A stretch of DNA of 59,981 bases, counting the filler. It is 8 parts of 8 records of this genome, joined end to end, with 100 filler letters (N's around TTAATTAATTAA, not from the genome) between each part and the next. Parts side by side here need not be neighbours in the genome. Positions count along the whole stretch, not along the records: positions 52,037 to 59,981 come from SRR31156797_6897; 7 more parts are not named here. The stretch is one strand, 5' to 3'. The position numbers and the translations under genes were made by a program. Position 1 is the stretch's first letter. Each line of letters begins with the position of its first letter. Below are positions 56,645 through 59,981 of this stretch, piece after piece. The notes below the pieces were generated by a model, which ran no database searches, had not been told where the DNA came from, and saw only the letters and a list, made by a program, of their open reading frames with translations.

Positions 56645-56711
56645 TGCTTCTCTTTATTTATATTAGTTTCATTATAATACAAAAAAAACAATAAAGAGTG
56701 AATTATAAGCA

Positions 56712-57218
56712 ATGGATTCAAATAACGAAATTTTGATTTTGAATACGGGTGGAACGTTTAATAAATATTATGACCCTATTAAAGGTGAATTAAAAGTAAG
56801 CAGTGAAAATAATTTTTTAATTGATATTTTTAAAAGAGCAAAAATTTCAAATATTAAAATAGATGGGATTTTGTATAAAGATAGTTTGGAAATAGATGAT
56901 ACAGATAGACAAGAGCTTAAAAACTATCTATTAAATACCCCTTATAAAAAAGTGATCATAGTACATGGTACAGATACTATGGATATAAGTGCACAATATA
57001 TTGCAGATGAGTTAAATGATAAAACAATCATATTTACAGGAGCTATGAAACCTTATAGTATAGAAAGCGTTGAAGCAGTATCAAATCTTATGATAGCATA
57101 TGGATATCTTTTAGGAAGAGAAAACAAAGGTATCTTTATCTCAATGCATGGGATGGTAAAAGCGCATACACAACTTGTAAAAAATAGAAAACTTGGAATA
57201 TTTGAATGTCAGAATTAA
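56712..57218 (+). CDS. Short single-domain asparaginase
   Basis: TGGT, DSL, HGTDT and TGAMKP. The usual C-terminal domain is absent. Confidence 0.88.
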   Translation: MDSNNEILILNTGGTFNKYYDPIKGELKVSSENNFLIDIFKRAKISNIKIDGILYKDSLEIDDTDRQELKNYLLNTPYKKVIIVHGTDTMDISAQYIADELNDKTIIFTGAMKPYSIESVEAVSNLMIAYGYLLGRENKGIFISMHGMVKAHTQLVKNRKLGIFECQN

Positions 57219-59599
57219 TAAAGTGTGATCATTGCCATTTAGAGTTTGATAAATCGGTGATGATTGAAGAGAAAGATTTAAATAAAGAGAGTTTATACTT
57301 CTGTTGTAATGGTTGTCAAGGAGTGTATCATCTTTTAAAAGATGATGGCTTTGGAAGCTTTTATGAGAAGGTTGGTAAAAAAACTTTAGCACAACCTCTA
57401 GCTATTGGTGAAGATAGTAGTAATTTTGATATGGAGAGTTTTCGACAAAAATATATCAAAACCACAAAAGATGGCTTTAGTAGTGTTGATCTGATCATTG
57501 AGGGGATACATTGTGCTGCGTGTATCTGGCTCAATGAAAAAGTACTTGATAAAACTGATGGTATCTTAGAAGCAAGTATCAACTTTACTAATAATAAAGC
57601 AAAAATCATTTGGGATGAAGATACTATAAAACTCTCCATGATCATCGATAAAATTCGAAGTATAGGATACAATGCCTATCCTTATGAGCGAACAGAAGTG
57701 GAGAAAAAAGCAACTAAAGAGAATCGTGATTATTTTTTAAGAATGTCTATAGCTATCTTTGCATCTATGAATATTATGATGATTGGTGTTGCTAAATACA
57801 CAGGCTTTTTTACTGGAATGGATGAAGAGATGCTTCGTATTGTCCATATGGCAGAATTTATTTTTTCAACTCCTGTTTTATTTTATAGTGGATGGGTCTT
57901 TTTTAAAGGAGCATATTATGGACTTAAAAACAAAATAGTCAATATGGATCTCCTTGTGAGTGCAGGAGCTACTTTAACCTATATATATTCTCTTTATGTA
58001 CTTTTTGGCGGAGCAGGGCATAGTTATTTTGATAGTGTTGCGATGATTATTACTTTTGTATTAGTAGGAAAGTATCTAGAAGTGATCGGTAAAAAAGGTG
58101 CTATGGATACAATGGATACCATAAAAGCACAGATTCCACTTGAAGCTACCATTATAAAAGATGGTGATAAAGTAGTCGTTCCTTTAGAAAAGATTGAGAT
58201 TGGTGATGTTATTGAAGTAAGACATGGTGAGAAAGCAACTGTTGATGGAAAGATATTATCTTATAAAACAAGTTTTGATGAGAGTAGTATCACAGGTGAG
58301 TCTTTACCTATTCCTAAAAAAGAGGGTGACGATATCTATAGTGGATGTATCAATGTTGGAGAGGTGATCCGTTATGAAGCTACTAAAACCTATGCTGATT
58401 CTACACTTAATAGTATTGTGGAGCTTTTAGAGGATTCTTTAAATTCTCGTCCAAAGATTCAAGAGACTACTAATGAGCTCTCCCGTTATTTTTCTGTTTC
58501 AATTTTAACTATTGCTTTTATTACATTTGCAGGATGGTATTTTTATTCAGGAATGTTTGAAACAGCACTAATCATTGCAATATCAGTGATTGTCATAGCT
58601 TGTCCTTGTGCTCTTGCTTTAGCAACGCCAATTGCTAGTTTAGTGGGAATCAGTTGGTTAGCAAGAGAAGGGATACTTTTTAAAGAAGCAAAGTTTATTG
58701 AGACATTTGCAAAAGCCGATACCGTAGTTTTTGATAAAACAGGAACTATTACAACAGGAAAACTAAAAGTGACTCAAATAGATGGAAAGCTTGATGATAA
58801 AAATATAATGAATCTTTTATATACTCTAAGTGAAAGCTCAATCCATCCCGTAAGTAAAGCAGTAAAAAACTATCTTGAAGAAAAGTATGATACTTTAAAG
58901 AGAGTAGAGCTTCAAAATATTGAACAGATCCCAGCTGTTGGACTAAAGGCACAATATGAAGGCAAGACTCTTTTTGGGGGACGTGGGGATGAGAATAGTC
59001 AAACCACAAGCTACATCTTCAGTATTGATGATAAGCAGATAATATCAATTGAATTAGAAGATAGTGTTAAAGAGGGTGCAAAAGAAACCATAGAGTATCT
59101 CAAAAAACAAAATATTAAGGTGATCATGTGCAGTGGTGACAATGAAAAGGTCGTTGAGAAAGTAGCAATGGAGACGGGGATAGATTCATATAGATCTAAA
59201 ATGACACCTATTGATAAAGCTGAGTTTATTAGATCTTTAAGAGAAAAAGGGAATAGTGTAGTGATGGTAGGTGATGGGATCAATGATTCCTTAGCTCTTT
59301 CAAGAGCAGATATTGCTATTGCTATGGGAAATGGAGCAGATATTGCCTTGAGTGTAAGTGATGTGGTAGTTTTAAATGATAAGATCGAAGGGTTAAAAAA
59401 AGCTTTTTATATATCAAAAAGAACTTTTGGATTTATCAAACAAAATTTAGCTATATCTTTAGTTTATAATGTGATCACTATCCCAATTGCAATTGCTGGA
59501 TATGTGATACCTTTAGTAGCAGCTTTATCTATGAGTTTAAGCTCCCTACTAGTAGTTGGAAATAGTGCACGGATAAAACAAGGAAAAATAGATGGATAA
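57206..59599 (+). CDS. ccoI: Heavy-metal (Cu) P1B ATPase, CcoI/FixI type
   Basis: N-terminal CxHC/CCxGC, HMA motif CAAC, TGES, CPC, DKTGT, HP and GDGIND. Adjacent to ccoS. Confidence 0.9.
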   Translation: MSELIKCDHCHLEFDKSVMIEEKDLNKESLYFCCNGCQGVYHLLKDDGFGSFYEKVGKKTLAQPLAIGEDSSNFDMESFRQKYIKTTKDGFSSVDLIIEGIHCAACIWLNEKVLDKTDGILEASINFTNNKAKIIWDEDTIKLSMIIDKIRSIGYNAYPYERTEVEKKATKENRDYFLRMSIAIFASMNIMMIGVAKYTGFFTGMDEEMLRIVHMAEFIFSTPVLFYSGWVFFKGAYYGLKNKIVNMDLLVSAGATLTYIYSLYVLFGGAGHSYFDSVAMIITFVLVGKYLEVIGKKGAMDTMDTIKAQIPLEATIIKDGDKVVVPLEKIEIGDVIEVRHGEKATVDGKILSYKTSFDESSITGESLPIPKKEGDDIYSGCINVGEVIRYEATKTYADSTLNSIVELLEDSLNSRPKIQETTNELSRYFSVSILTIAFITFAGWYFYSGMFETALIIAISVIVIACPCALALATPIASLVGISWLAREGILFKEAKFIETFAKADTVVFDKTGTITTGKLKVTQIDGKLDDKNIMNLLYTLSESSIHPVSKAVKNYLEEKYDTLKRVELQNIEQIPAVGLKAQYEGKTLFGGRGDENSQTTSYIFSIDDKQIISIELEDSVKEGAKETIEYLKKQNIKVIMCSGDNEKVVEKVAMETGIDSYRSKMTPIDKAEFIRSLREKGNSVVMVGDGINDSLALSRADIAIAMGNGADIALSVSDVVVLNDKIEGLKKAFYISKRTFGFIKQNLAISLVYNVITIPIAIAGYVIPLVAALSMSLSSLLVVGNSARIKQGKIDG

Positions 59600-59846
59600 T
59601 AGTATTTTATGGTTAGAGTTAGTTATAGGGATTATTGTAAGTTTTACCCTTTTAGGGATCTTTATTTGGGCTGTTAAGGGTGGACAGTTTGATGATGGGA
59701 AGAAGATGATGGACGGACTGTTATTTGATAGTACAGAAGATCTTCAAGATGCCATTGAAAAAGATGAAAAAGTAAAAAAGATGAAAGAGAGTAAGTCTCA
59801 AAGAAATGAAGAACAAAAAGAGCAGGATAAAAAAGATAGAGAATAA
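59592..59846 (+). CDS. ccoS: cbb3-type cytochrome oxidase assembly protein
   Basis: TM helix followed by WAVKGGQFDD. Confidence 0.9.
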   Translation: MDNSILWLELVIGIIVSFTLLGIFIWAVKGGQFDDGKKMMDGLLFDSTEDLQDAIEKDEKVKKMKESKSQRNEEQKEQDKKDRE

Positions 59847-59883
59847 AAAAAGGGGAAGATGATTAAACATCTTCCCCTTTTTT
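59845..59883. terminator. Bidirectional rho-independent terminator
   Basis: A-run, GGGGAAGATG/CATCTTCCCC stem and T-run, between convergent genes. Confidence 0.9.
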
Positions 59884-59897
59884 AGTTGGTAGAAAGA

Positions 59898-59981
59898 TTA
59901 TTTACCAGCTTTAATATCAGCAGCAGCTGCTTTAAGATCAGCTTCAGAATATCTAGCAACTTGACCTTTCATAACACCTTT
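59898..59981 (-). CDS. C-terminal fragment of a cytochrome c553-like protein
   Basis: Reads KGVMKGQVARYSEADLKAAAADIKAGK*, typical of Campylobacterota c553 C-termini. The heme motif is outside the window. Confidence 0.7.
   Translation of the reverse strand, partial: KGVMKGQVARYSEADLKAAAADIKAGK

Noticed and set aside
56712-57218. Truncated asparaginase pseudogene
   Set aside because: Both catalytic Thr motifs are present and the gene overlaps ccoI cleanly. Short single-domain asparaginases are a known form.

Overview
This window is not one locus. It joins eight unrelated contigs with 100-nt artificial linkers (N44-TTAATTAATTAA-N44), so gene neighbourhoods only hold within a contig. (1) 1-5913, Bacteroidota-like: a membrane LytTR regulator and a TonB-type receptor, a decayed hsdM 5' remnant, and a coupled pair of a wHTH-DUF488 gene and a partner gene carrying beta-clamp-like motifs. 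The block is bracketed by two about 80%-identical copies of a nucleotide-cyclase 3' end. (2) 6014-11889, a defence locus: hsdS, OLD/TOPRIM nuclease, UvrD helicase (Gabija-like) and Fic. (3) 11990-23509, Desulfovibrionaceae-like housekeeping genes: carB, purF, kdsD, YkgJ, PBP1A, PhzF, U32, pyrK, pyrD and a tRNA-Ser fragment. (4) 23610-30947, Bacteroidota: REP-like repeats, GH31, a kinase-less HTCS-like AraC sensor, a T9SS cargo protein and LytTR/LytS. (5) 31048-38938, Bacteroidota: an NtrC-type two-component pair, sugar porter, GH2 and DUF5107. (6) 39039-44390, lineage unknown: an atypical FixJ-like regulator, SPFH plus Arc, small proteins and an acyl-CoA dehydratase-activase fusion. (7) 44491-51936, Bacteroidota: GH130 tail, OmpH, LolA-like, FNR-like, PHP, ROK and a NagB/PIG-L fusion whose deaminase site looks inactive. 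(8) 52037-59981, Campylobacterota/Arcobacter-like: tsf, ABC ATPase, acidic protein, gmk, REC-GGDEF-EAL, short asparaginase, ccoI, ccoS and a cytochrome c tail. The best candidate for a poorly characterised system is the wHTH-DUF488/partner module at 4023-5728. All family assignments come from motif recognition by eye; no database searches were run.
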